Assembly (NCBI GenBank): GCA_945870865.1
Contig: CAMBTO010000004.1
Span: 1-55,048, forward strand
Length of the DNA: 55,048 bases
From: Klebsiella pneumoniae
GTDB taxonomy: Bacteria; Pseudomonadota; Gammaproteobacteria; Eutrophobiales; Eutrophobiaceae
Reading direction: 5' to 3'
The notes under the pieces are model-generated. The model was not told the DNA's origin. It was given only the letters and a program-made list of their open reading frames with translations, and ran no database searches. A program made the translations under genes and the position numbers. Position 1 is the first letter of the stretch, and each line of letters begins with the position of its first letter. Positions 42,101 to 49,660 of the stretch are shown here, piece by piece.

Positions 42101-42292
42101 CTGATGACCTCGGTGGCGACGATAGCCGGACATTTCCCGTTGACGCTGGTGGAAGGCCCCGGTGCGGCGGCGCGTAATTCGATCGGTCTGGTGCTGGTCG
42201 GTGGTATGGCGGTGGGGACGATCTTCACGTTGTTTGTTGTGCCCTCACTGTATATGCTGATTGCCAGACAGCATGAGAAGGTGACAGCCTGA
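39194..42292 (+). CDS. RND efflux permease (HAE1, MexW-like)
   Basis: RPVLA, GLVVDDAIVIVEN, KNGILIVEF and RFRPVLMTS; 1032 aa. Confidence 0.95.
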   Translation: MKAFTDIFVTRPVLAIVVNLMIIIAGLQAWNSLSVRQYPRSENASVTVATVYVGASAEVVRGFISTAIERAISSVDGIDYVESKSLLGLSLVTARLKLNYDPTKALTDITAKVNQVRNELPAESQVPSISLQSADSEFASAYLSFSSEAMSQSEITDYLVRTVQPRLAAVTGVQNAEILGARTFAMRVWLKPLEMAALNVSPSQVYGALASNNYLAAVGSTKGAFVQVNLTANTDLHTVDEFKNLVIREQNGTIIHLADVADVELGAEDYDTEVRFNDQTAVFMGIFPLPNANTIDVVARIRVELEAIKKGLPPGLEASIGYDASEYISNAIHEVVFTLIDTLLIVIVVIFLFLGSFRSVLVPVVAIPVSLIGGVFLMQSFGFTLNLLTLLAIVLSVGLVVDDAIVIVENVDRRMREGQTALQAALAGARELIGPVIAMTITLAAVYTPIGLQGGLTGTLFREFALTLAGAVTISGIVALTLSPMMSAKLLRVSEKEEGFSWWVNSHFNRLRDSYAHGLDRTLHARPAVYTVWAVLSLMAIPMYMFSPTELAPLEDQGFMFGIINNAANATADQKSHYGRAVENAFLVTPERDLTFQLLLSPSDPFAAGLGVGGFSGMVVKPWDQRERSMKEILHEVQGRMAQIPGLQIFVGMPPALPGGSNFPIEFVITSTDAPEKMLEVARQLQTKAMESGIFYFPPEIDLKFDQPQAEIVIDHKKVADLGLSNAQVGSDLAAALGGNYVNRFNIDGRAYKVIPQLARSERLNPEQLGNIYVTGPNNQLVPLSTFATIKNTTVPRSLNRFQQLNAIKLSGMTAQLDAGLKVLEQASAEILPPGYSIDYTGESRQLRTEGGKFLPALGLAVLLIFLVLAVQFNSFREPFVILLGSVPLAMFGALIFTVLKLPNPDMPYWTDGWTTTMNIYAQVGLVTLVGLIAKNGILIVEFANKLQESGHDKFAAIREAAITRFRPVLMTSVATIAGHFPLTLVEGPGAAARNSIGLVLVGGMAVGTIFTLFVVPSLYMLIARQHEKVTA

Positions 42293-42295
42293 CAG

Positions 42296-43372
42296 TCAAC
42301 TCTTCTGGCGGGTCAACCATGCAACCAGCATACGGATTTGCAGATCATTCAGGCGTCCGGCAAACACCGGCATGACGCCGTTGCGGCCATTGCGTATCGT
42401 TTCAGTCAGTGCAGCATCATCATTACCGTATAACCAGACAGCATCGCTCAGGTTCGGTGCGCCTAGCATTGGATTACCCTTGCCTTCTGCGCCGTGGCAG
42501 CCGACACAGAACTGGTTGTATATCGTTTTGCCGACATCATCCGTCGCACCATCTCCACCTGCACCCAGCGCACGTAGATAGCCAATGACCTGCGCGATCT
42601 TCTGGTCATCCAGACTCGCGCCCCAGGCCGGCATGTTCGCCTTGCGACCCTGACGCAGTGTCTGTTCGATTTGCTCGGCCGAACCACCCCATTGCCAGTC
42701 CGCGTCCATCAGGTTCGGGAAGCGGTTCGCCATGCCGCCACCATCTGGTCCATGACAACCAGCACAGTTGTGGTCAAAGATTCGGCTGGCACTGTTCATA
42801 ACAAACTCATCTTGCTGCATTTCGGCGACAGACAGGGTGAGCGCACTCTCGCGGATGGCATCAAAATTCTCGTGATAATGTTTGTAGCTTTCTTCAATCT
42901 GATGACCTTGCGACCACTTCAGCGCACCGCTGAAGCTGCCAAGGCCCGGGTACAGGATCAGATAAATGACGGTGAATATCATCGCGGAGAAGATTAGCCA
43001 GAACCACCACAGTGGGGCAGGATGGGTGCCTTCATTCAACGTCTCGTCCCAGACCACCGCGCCGTAGGTCGTTGCCATCCACTGTGACACCAGCGCGGTA
43101 CTGACATAGCCAAACAGCAGCGTTACGTAATAGGCAATGCTGATACCAATCAGCGTGCCAGCAGGCAGATAAATCGGCTCAACCGCGCCAAACCGCCAGC
43201 CAAACATACTGGCTCCCAGATAGGCAAACAGCGGCGGAATCAGACCCAGCCAGACCGCCAGCCTGAAAAAAACCGTCGGCGCTGAAATCTCGCGGTCAGC
43301 TACACCGCGCAATACCGCCATCGGATTAAACAGGATCTGGAAGATAAAAAATGGGTGGATGTTAAGGGTCAT
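42296..43372 (-). CDS. ccoP: Chimeric ORF: Yip1/DUF1282-like N-terminus fused in frame to cbb3 oxidase subunit III (CcoP)
   Basis: aa 1-105 Yip1-like (LIPPLFAYLG..FGW, WMATTYGA); then VWDETLNE..PAPLWW, LYPGLG, CAGCH, CVGCH and GAPNLSD. Confidence 0.8.
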   Translation of the reverse strand: MTLNIHPFFIFQILFNPMAVLRGVADREISAPTVFFRLAVWLGLIPPLFAYLGASMFGWRFGAVEPIYLPAGTLIGISIAYYVTLLFGYVSTALVSQWMATTYGAVVWDETLNEGTHPAPLWWFWLIFSAMIFTVIYLILYPGLGSFSGALKWSQGHQIEESYKHYHENFDAIRESALTLSVAEMQQDEFVMNSASRIFDHNCAGCHGPDGGGMANRFPNLMDADWQWGGSAEQIEQTLRQGRKANMPAWGASLDDQKIAQVIGYLRALGAGGDGATDDVGKTIYNQFCVGCHGAEGKGNPMLGAPNLSDAVWLYGNDDAALTETIRNGRNGVMPVFAGRLNDLQIRMLVAWLTRQKS

Positions 43373-43453
43373 GATCTGATTCAGTACACAGAAGAACGCT
43401 ATCCCGCATCGTTATACATGGCAGGCAGCATATCTGTTTGAATACAGGATGGT

Positions 43454-43467
43454 TTGATCCAGATCAA
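43454..43467. promoter_or_regulatory. FNR/ANR box
   Basis: Perfect TTGAT-CCAG-ATCAA; minus-strand -10-like TATGCT near 43427-43432 fits class II spacing; lies upstream of the CcoP-containing ORF. Confidence 0.8.
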
Positions 43468-43571
43468 GAGCTGACGCACATAAGGTAAACACTTGGTTTC
43501 CAGTCGGTAACATACCGGAAACATGAGGGTCATCAGGTAAATCGACTGCCCGGTGATGCAGAAGGAACAGT

Positions 43572-44660
43572 TTACGTATTGCGTTTGTCCTTCTTGGCCG
43601 ACTTGATACTTCGACCAAAGCCCTGATCCTTCTTTCGTTTGTCGGCATAGGACAGGTTGTTGGACCCGGATTCTTCCTTGAGTTTACGAAAATTATCCAG
43701 AGAGTCCTTGCTGACTTCGCCAGTCTGCACGGCTGCGAGGACGGCACAGTCTGGCTCACCAGTATGGCTACAGTCCTGATAGCGGCAGCCAGACGCGAGC
43801 CCGGAGATGACGGCATAGTTACTTGTTATACCGCTTTCCGCGCCGAGGATGCTGAATTCACGCATTCCGGGATTGTCGATGACCAATGCACCGCCTTCGA
43901 GACATATCAGTTCACGACGAACGGTCGTGTGCCGCCCTTCGCCGGATCCGCTGACAGATCTCGTTTCCATCCGATCTCGGCCGATCAACTGATTGATGAG
44001 CGTGCTTTTCCCCACTCCTGACGACCCAACGAAGCAATAGGTCATACCTGGAAGCAGCCGCTGTTTGACTGCATTCAGGCCGTCACCCGTCACATTACTC
44101 AAAGGCACTATCGGTGCGGTAATTCCGATAGACCGGATTTCAGCCAATTGTGCAGCCAGGATAACTGGACTAACCAGGTCTGTCTTGGTCAGCAGAATGC
44201 AGGGCTCGGCACCACCTTCCAACACCATGATGAGATAACGTTCCAGACGCTTCAGATTGAAATCAAAGTGGCAAGATTGCACGACCAGCACATAGTCCAC
44301 ATTCGCCGCAATCATCTGGAACTCTATCTCGTTACCGGCCAACTTTCTGCACAGTGAAGTCCGGCGCTCCAGCAACGTATGTATCACTCCGAATTTATCG
44401 CCGGGCTGCTTCTCCACACAAACCCAGTCGCCCACGCATGGCAACTCCTGGTTCAGGTGATGCTGGTGTAGATAGCGCCCCGACAATTTTGCCCGAAACG
44501 TGCCGCCTTGATCCATCAGTAACATCTGATCACGATCAACCACCGCAACGCGGGCCAGAGTTTCCGTTGGTTTGCAATTGGCCCGCTGCGCAAACCAGTC
44601 ATTCCAGCCGAGTTCATTCAATGCACTGTATTGATTGACCATTTTTATTTCATCAACCAA
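43572..44660 (-). CDS. rsgA: Ribosome small subunit-dependent GTPase A
   Basis: VGDWV, AANVD, TKTD, GSSGVGKST, GRHTT, DNPG and CRYQDCSHTGEPDC; start may be ATG 44642. Confidence 0.93.
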   Translation of the reverse strand: MVDEIKMVNQYSALNELGWNDWFAQRANCKPTETLARVAVVDRDQMLLMDQGGTFRAKLSGRYLHQHHLNQELPCVGDWVCVEKQPGDKFGVIHTLLERRTSLCRKLAGNEIEFQMIAANVDYVLVVQSCHFDFNLKRLERYLIMVLEGGAEPCILLTKTDLVSPVILAAQLAEIRSIGITAPIVPLSNVTGDGLNAVKQRLLPGMTYCFVGSSGVGKSTLINQLIGRDRMETRSVSGSGEGRHTTVRRELICLEGGALVIDNPGMREFSILGAESGITSNYAVISGLASGCRYQDCSHTGEPDCAVLAAVQTGEVSKDSLDNFRKLKEESGSNNLSYADKRKKDQGFGRSIKSAKKDKRNT

Positions 44661-44776
44661 TGCATGTACCTGAAACGGGGAATGATCGGGTAATAATTCT
44701 AGTGAGTGGTTGCAAGTTGATGTTGTCTCTTCCCTGGTGGTTTCTACACAGACAGCAGCCAGATTACTTGATTACA

Positions 44777-44833
44777 GGTTTACGATAGAGTGGATGTGCG
44801 CGTTGTTGGCGCCCATCCAACGTCTGGTAATGT
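44777..44833 (-). mobile_element. attC-like site downstream of brnA (57 bp)
   Basis: Minus strand ACATTAC-5nt-GTTGGATG...CATCCAC-6nt-GTAAACC; the L boxes pair with one extrahelical base. Confidence 0.6.
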
Positions 44834-44837
44834 CTAA

Positions 44838-45104
44838 TCATTTTCTGTGTGCTTCCATATATATTCGCAACACGGCATTCATCCTGGTTTGATATCCACC
44901 ACCTTGCTTTCGGAACCACTCCAGTACATCAGCATCGAGGCGCACGGTGATACTCGATTTGCCTGTCGGCATGCGCAACACCGCTGATTTAAAGAAATCC
45001 GGATCGAGAGGTGGAATATCCGAAGTGTCTATATCGGTATCGGATTGAGCCTTGATTTTATGCCAATCGGTCTTTGATCGTTTTTTTGAAGATTTTGCGT
45101 TCAT
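44838..45104 (-). CDS. brnA: BrnA antitoxin family protein
   Basis: TDW, IDTSDIPPL and ITVRLDADVLEWFR..G.GYQTRMNAVLR. Confidence 0.9.
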   Translation of the reverse strand: MNAKSSKKRSKTDWHKIKAQSDTDIDTSDIPPLDPDFFKSAVLRMPTGKSSITVRLDADVLEWFRKQGGGYQTRMNAVLRIYMEAHRK

Positions 45105-45348
45105 GAGTAAGAGCTTTTCTTAAAGAGATGATTCGGGTATTTTTTCCATTGTAACGTTCGGTGAATGCAATGACTGCACAGTCAGTTTCGATAATTCTGA
45201 TACCAATCCAACGCGATTCTTCATATTCAGCTCGTGTATCAAGGTGAACTAACATTGGTCCTTTAAACAGAATCGGGGCATCACGAAAATCAAGTCCGTG
45301 TTTACGAAGATTCTCCTTTCTCTTCTTTTCGTCCCATTCAAAATCCAT
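45058..45348 (-). CDS. brnT: BrnT family toxin
   Basis: MDFEWDEKK..NLRKHGLDF and RIISLRKA..ER; overlaps brnA. Confidence 0.9.
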   Translation of the reverse strand: MDFEWDEKKRKENLRKHGLDFRDAPILFKGPMLVHLDTRAEYEESRWIGIRIIETDCAVIAFTERYNGKNTRIISLRKALTHERKIFKKTIKDRLA

Positions 45349-45356
45349 ATGAATTT

Positions 45357-45385
45357 ATTGTAGTTACATTATGTAACTACCACAA
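45357..45385 (-). promoter_or_regulatory. brnTA sigma70 promoter with palindromic operator
   Basis: TTGTGG-17nt-TACAAT; the spacer carries the perfect palindrome GTAGTTACAT-T-ATGTAACTAC (45360-45380). Confidence 0.75.
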
Positions 45386-45401
45386 GACTAATTGTGATTA
45401 A

Positions 45402-45488
45402 ACATAACGATTTAGCTGATCCGCGCCGCCACAGTGCTTAGCAAGAACAAACTTGCTTTCCTGCGTCGGATTGAGTGCATTTTTAGAC
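45402..45488 (-). mobile_element. attC-like site (87 bp) upstream of brnT
   Basis: Minus strand GTCTAAA-AATGC-ACTCAATC-CGACGC...GCGCG-GATCAGC-TAAATC-GTTATGT. Confidence 0.7.
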
Positions 45489-45496
45489 GCCGAACT

Positions 45497-45736
45497 ACTA
45501 CATGGAATCAAGGTACTTCTCCAGCGCCACTACGCTGTGGTCCTTCTTGCTTCGAATCACCAGTTGAATATTTCGTCCAGTTCCTGCGTGAGAGCGAACG
45601 TGGCTCTCAAACTCCTCTAAGGGAGGCGACAACGGCGAGATGCTGATTACCTTAGGCGATGTGAAGGTCTTTAACCCAGTGCGTATCTCCCAAAGGGCTC
45701 GTTCTATAGAATCCGTTTCGCCAAAATCTAGTCATT
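45497..45736 (-). pseudogene. Decayed gene-cassette ORF
   Basis: ATG 45736 after GAGG gives MTRFWRNGFYRTSPLGDTHWVKDLHIA*; another frame ends ...VVALEKYLDSM** just before the attC. Confidence 0.4.
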
Positions 45737-45757
45737 GTGGCCTCGACATTCTTGTAC

Positions 45758-45775
45758 TTCTAACAATATGCTAAC
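45758..45775 (-). mobile_element. Putative attI-like simple site at the head of the cassette array
   Basis: Minus strand GTTAGCA-TATT-GTTAGAA just before the first cassette ORF; TATAAT at 45805-45810 upstream; no intI nearby. Confidence 0.4.
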
Positions 45776-46034
45776 CAGACCCTGGCAGGTCTCGTTAATT
45801 CTTTATTATAGTAAGCCAGATGGACGCGGTTATTAGCAGAATATCTGGATAACCGCGCAAAGTATAAAAGCGCACGTCACCGAGCGTGTGTTAATAAGCA
45901 TCGTATTCCCCCCCGGGATATTCACCTTACCTGCAGGGTGGTACTAGGCAGGGAAGATAATGACATTAATATATCAAGTGTAGTGTCCGACAGGCGGTGG
46001 CGTCAATGTAAAGCCGGTTTGTTTTACGGGGGAC

Positions 46035-47630
46035 TCAGCGCAAAGTGTTGAGCAGATGTGGGGTCAATTCGTACATCTCGCTGATCGGGTTGGGCGACGG
46101 GGTGAGGCCTTCAACAAAGCCGATCTTTAGCAATTCCTCGATGATCTCGTCATTTGCGGTGATTATATGAACCGGGGCGTCCCAGCGGGCGCCTTCGCCG
46201 CTGACACTGGCCGTCGGCTGGTGGTCACCTATGACGATCCAGAACATGTCACGGTCCGCCTGTTGCCGCAGAAACCCGGCGAGATACTGGAGGGTATACA
46301 CCAGCGTACCCGCATAGGACGGTTGCATGTTTGTCCATTCCGGCAGCAACGCCATCGAGGCGGCCACCTCGGCTGCATCATACGGATTCGTATCAAGAGC
46401 CCGCGACCAGTCCGGTTGGTAAGGTGGTGTTGGCCGGAACGGCATATGCGAGCTGATTGCAGTGAACATCAGAAACAGCGGTTTGCGATTCGGCTTGTTC
46501 AATTCCAGCTCTGCGAAACGGGAGATTGAATACTGGTCCGGGATACGCCACCAGCCGAACTCCGGACCGCGATAGTCTATTTCCCTGGAGCCATAGATAT
46601 GCTCGAAGTGGTAGAACACACCTTCCGGCCATTCACTACGCAGACCCGGCATTAGTGCCAGTGATCGGTAACCCAGTGCGGCAAAGCGGGTCGACAGGGT
46701 AGGTTGATTACGTGTCAGTAGTAGGTTATAGGTGCCGTTGTTATCAATATCAAGCGCGGACATGAAGCTGGAGTGGGCGAGCCAGGAACCACCGCCAAAT
46801 GTGGGAGACACCACAAATGCGGAGACAACGCGGCGATGGGTTGCCTTGATCGCCTCGGCCAGTTCAATCCGGCTCGGCTCCAGCGTCGCTGCGATCCCGG
46901 GTGAATCAAACGCAATCGCGCCATACGACTCGACAAAGTGTACGATCACGTCGGCACCCTGCAATTTGGGCAGGGCAAAATTATCGAGCGGGTTCTTTTT
47001 GACCAACGCAGCAAGTTGTTCGTCAGACCCGAGAGCAACCAGGATAAACTCGGCCTGTCCTAATACCATGTGGCTGACCGGTATGGAATAGAGCCGCATC
47101 TTATTGATTGGAATACCGGCAAACCCGCTGAGATAAACAATGAGCAGTAGCGCCGCCAGTCCTCCGACTACACGTTGCTCGTCACGGCGGGTGCAGGCCG
47201 TTGCGACCCGTAACACCGCGAGTCGTAACATCGAATACAACCCACCGAACGCGAGCATGATACCGGCCAGCAGCCCGAGTACCAGCAATGGATGGGCTGC
47301 CTCGATAAGCATCTCGGCGACGTGGGGCAGATATTGCGCGTCCCAGTAAATATTCACCGGGCGGCCGTACAGTGCCGGTGAGGTAACCTCGGCGTACCGG
47401 CCGACAGTCATGATGGTAAGTACAACGGCCAGCACGGATACCAGTCGGGTTGACACAGTTGTACGCCGGCGTAACCACAGCGCGAGCAGTACGAGCAGTG
47501 TGGCTATTTCAATCGACACTTCATGCTGCGTGGTGATCCACAGGGTCGGCCAGACATTATGAAACGTAAGTGCAAAGTTGAGTAAATACAGCGCCAGCGC
47601 AAGTCCACCCCACTGACGTAGTGTTGTCAT
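46035..47630 (-). CDS. Multi-TM protein with alkaline-phosphatase/sulfatase-superfamily domain
   Basis: Several N-terminal TMs; FVESYG, SPTFGGGSWLAH, SSHMPF and IGDHQP metal-binding motifs; track start 47711 possible. Confidence 0.75.
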   Translation of the reverse strand: MTTLRQWGGLALALYLLNFALTFHNVWPTLWITTQHEVSIEIATLLVLLALWLRRRTTVSTRLVSVLAVVLTIMTVGRYAEVTSPALYGRPVNIYWDAQYLPHVAEMLIEAAHPLLVLGLLAGIMLAFGGLYSMLRLAVLRVATACTRRDEQRVVGGLAALLLIVYLSGFAGIPINKMRLYSIPVSHMVLGQAEFILVALGSDEQLAALVKKNPLDNFALPKLQGADVIVHFVESYGAIAFDSPGIAATLEPSRIELAEAIKATHRRVVSAFVVSPTFGGGSWLAHSSFMSALDIDNNGTYNLLLTRNQPTLSTRFAALGYRSLALMPGLRSEWPEGVFYHFEHIYGSREIDYRGPEFGWWRIPDQYSISRFAELELNKPNRKPLFLMFTAISSHMPFRPTPPYQPDWSRALDTNPYDAAEVAASMALLPEWTNMQPSYAGTLVYTLQYLAGFLRQQADRDMFWIVIGDHQPTASVSGEGARWDAPVHIITANDEIIEELLKIGFVEGLTPSPNPISEMYELTPHLLNTLR

Positions 47631-47874
47631 TTTAATCTGGCCAGGGGCGAACATGGTCATCACATCAAATGACGGGCAGACAACAGGGACAGTCGCCGTG
47701 GCGGTATGCAATGCGGGAATTTCACGATTATTCAGATCAATCCGGAATGTGAGATTTGGCAGTATAACAAGTGTAACGGTAAACTGCTAAATCGCTCCGG
47801 GCAGGTAATTTCACCTGTTGTTCACATGGCTGCATACAGAATAAATGTTTATTACGACAACAGGAATCAAGGTC

Positions 47875-48570
47875 ATGCATGCCCCGCGTGTTTTACTTAC
47901 AAGCCTGATCGGTCTATTGACGGGTCTGATACTGATGACAGTATCGATCGCCGTATTGGCACAGTCCGGTTCGAGCTGGCGTTTTAATGTCTTGTTGGAC
48001 GGGAAACCCGTCGGAGAACACCTGTTTACCGTGACCCCGCAGGGCGGTCTGATACAGGTGCAAAGCGAGGCGAACATGCAGGTAAATATCCTGTTCTTCA
48101 ACGCCTACAGCTATCAGCACCAGGCGCGTGAATTGTGGCAGGCAGGTTGTCTGCTCAGCATTGATGCTGCCACGAACAGTAATAATAAACAGATCGAGGT
48201 GAAGGGCAGGCTGGACGAGGGCAACTTTCTGGTCAGTGCCAGCAGTACTCCCGGTGATACCGCAATGCCGGCCTGTGTGAAATCATTTGCCTATTGGGAC
48301 AGCACATTTCTGAAGGAGAACAGCTTGCTGGACCCGCAGACGGGCAAACTGGTTGCGATTAAGGTCGAGCCTGGCGCCTGGGAGACGATAGACGTTGCCG
48401 GACGTGAGTGGCTGGCACAGCGGTTTACGCTGACCGGCGAGAAGTTGCACATCGACCTGTGGTATGGTCCGGCAGGTGAATGGCTGCGATTAAGTTCACA
48501 ACTGCCCAGCGGCCGCCAGGTCGATTATGAACTGATCGAAGGCGTTGGCTGGAACTCGTTACAGGGTTAA
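47875..48570 (+). CDS. Exported beta-rich protein (DUF6134-like)
   Basis: Signal peptide; FNVLLDGKPVGEH, AYSYQH..ELW..GCL, LLDPQTG and IDLWY. Confidence 0.7.
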   Translation: MHAPRVLLTSLIGLLTGLILMTVSIAVLAQSGSSWRFNVLLDGKPVGEHLFTVTPQGGLIQVQSEANMQVNILFFNAYSYQHQARELWQAGCLLSIDAATNSNNKQIEVKGRLDEGNFLVSASSTPGDTAMPACVKSFAYWDSTFLKENSLLDPQTGKLVAIKVEPGAWETIDVAGREWLAQRFTLTGEKLHIDLWYGPAGEWLRLSSQLPSGRQVDYELIEGVGWNSLQG

Positions 48571-48600
48571 TTCATCCCGCAAGTTTTTGCTGTTTATTAA

Positions 48601-49323
48601 TTACCAGCTGGTCTTGATCTCGAAACCGGCACCGATGTTGGTATTGTCGGAACGCCGATAATCATTGATACGATATTCCACCACAGCGTACAGCTGGCGA
48701 TACAGACGTACGCCAATCTGGGTCTCGCTGATCACATTGTCACGGGTAAAGCCGGGGTGAGAGCTCTCATCTATATTGTGATCAAGGAATCCGCCGAGAT
48801 AGAGCCGGTCGGAGATATACGGGAATGTCATCTGGTAGGTATGGGATAGCTGCCAGCCACCGACATCGCGTTGATCGATGCGGGTCGGGAAAATCTGTAA
48901 CGAATAGTTCAGGTTAATTGCCTTCAGAAACCCGGCCAACATCGGCGTGCTATTCAGGCGCCAGCGTACACCGAGATGGATCGTGTCATTGTTATGGCCA
49001 CGACGGATGATGTCCTGGGCTACCAGATCCAGCGGCAGTTTTTCCGATACATTCCAGATCAGGTTCTGTTCGGTCAACAGGAAGTCAGGGTCACCTGACG
49101 ACAGTGTGTCGCCAAAGTTGACGAATCCGAAATACGAAAACCGCGCAGGCAAGGGCATCAGCATAGTGATGGTGAGATCAGTATCTGTCTTTACATCAGA
49201 CAGGTAGGGATACAGATTGAATGCAATCTGGGCGGGTCGGCGTTTTTCCTGCGCGTGGGTGTTAAACGGCAACAACAGGCACAGTGAAAGTATAACCAGC
49301 AACCGGGAAATGCGTGAGCTCAT
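48601..49323 (-). CDS. Putative small outer-membrane beta-barrel protein (Tsx-like)
   Basis: Signal peptide; alternating beta-strand pattern (FSYFGFVNF, ISETQIGVRL); C-terminal aromatic residue (GFEIKTSW). Confidence 0.6.
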   Translation of the reverse strand: MSSRISRLLVILSLCLLLPFNTHAQEKRRPAQIAFNLYPYLSDVKTDTDLTITMLMPLPARFSYFGFVNFGDTLSSGDPDFLLTEQNLIWNVSEKLPLDLVAQDIIRRGHNNDTIHLGVRWRLNSTPMLAGFLKAINLNYSLQIFPTRIDQRDVGGWQLSHTYQMTFPYISDRLYLGGFLDHNIDESSHPGFTRDNVISETQIGVRLYRQLYAVVEYRINDYRRSDNTNIGAGFEIKTSW

Positions 49324-49505
49324 GAGATACCTTTATATCCAGCAGTTAAGGGGGATCGGATCTTTGCAAACAGAGGGTTGCCCGGTGGATGATAAAGACT
49401 GGATGGAGACTCTACAAGCCCCGATTTGATCGAACCACGAATGCCATCTATTCACACCAGGACGGGTGGTCGCAGGGCCTTGGCGTGTCTATTGTTGCAA
49501 TTCGC

Positions 49506-49534
49506 TTGACAAGATCAGACTTTTTATTTAGTAA
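49506..49534 (+). promoter_or_regulatory. Possible sigma70 promoter of the TonB-dependent receptor
   Basis: TTGACA-17nt-AGTAAT in an AT-rich intergenic region. Confidence 0.35.
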
Positions 49535-49660
49535 TGAACATTCAGCAGCCAGAACCGGGTTGCCAGTTTTGATAACACTTATAAATAACTAAAGGGTTTT
49601 TCTATACGAATTAGCAGTTTTGATTTATTTGTCGTTTTACACTGTAAAGGGGGGGTAAGA

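Noticed and set aside
43572-44660. rsgA as a further integron cassette
   Set aside because: No attC-like structure seen downstream of its stop codon
45860-46034. Integron integrase gene or LexA box beside the putative attI
   Set aside because: No tyrosine-recombinase-like ORF fits, and no exact CTGT-N8-ACAG was seen
49571-49589. Fur box upstream of the TonB-dependent receptor
   Set aside because: Only about 12/19 match to consensus in AT-rich DNA and poorly palindromic
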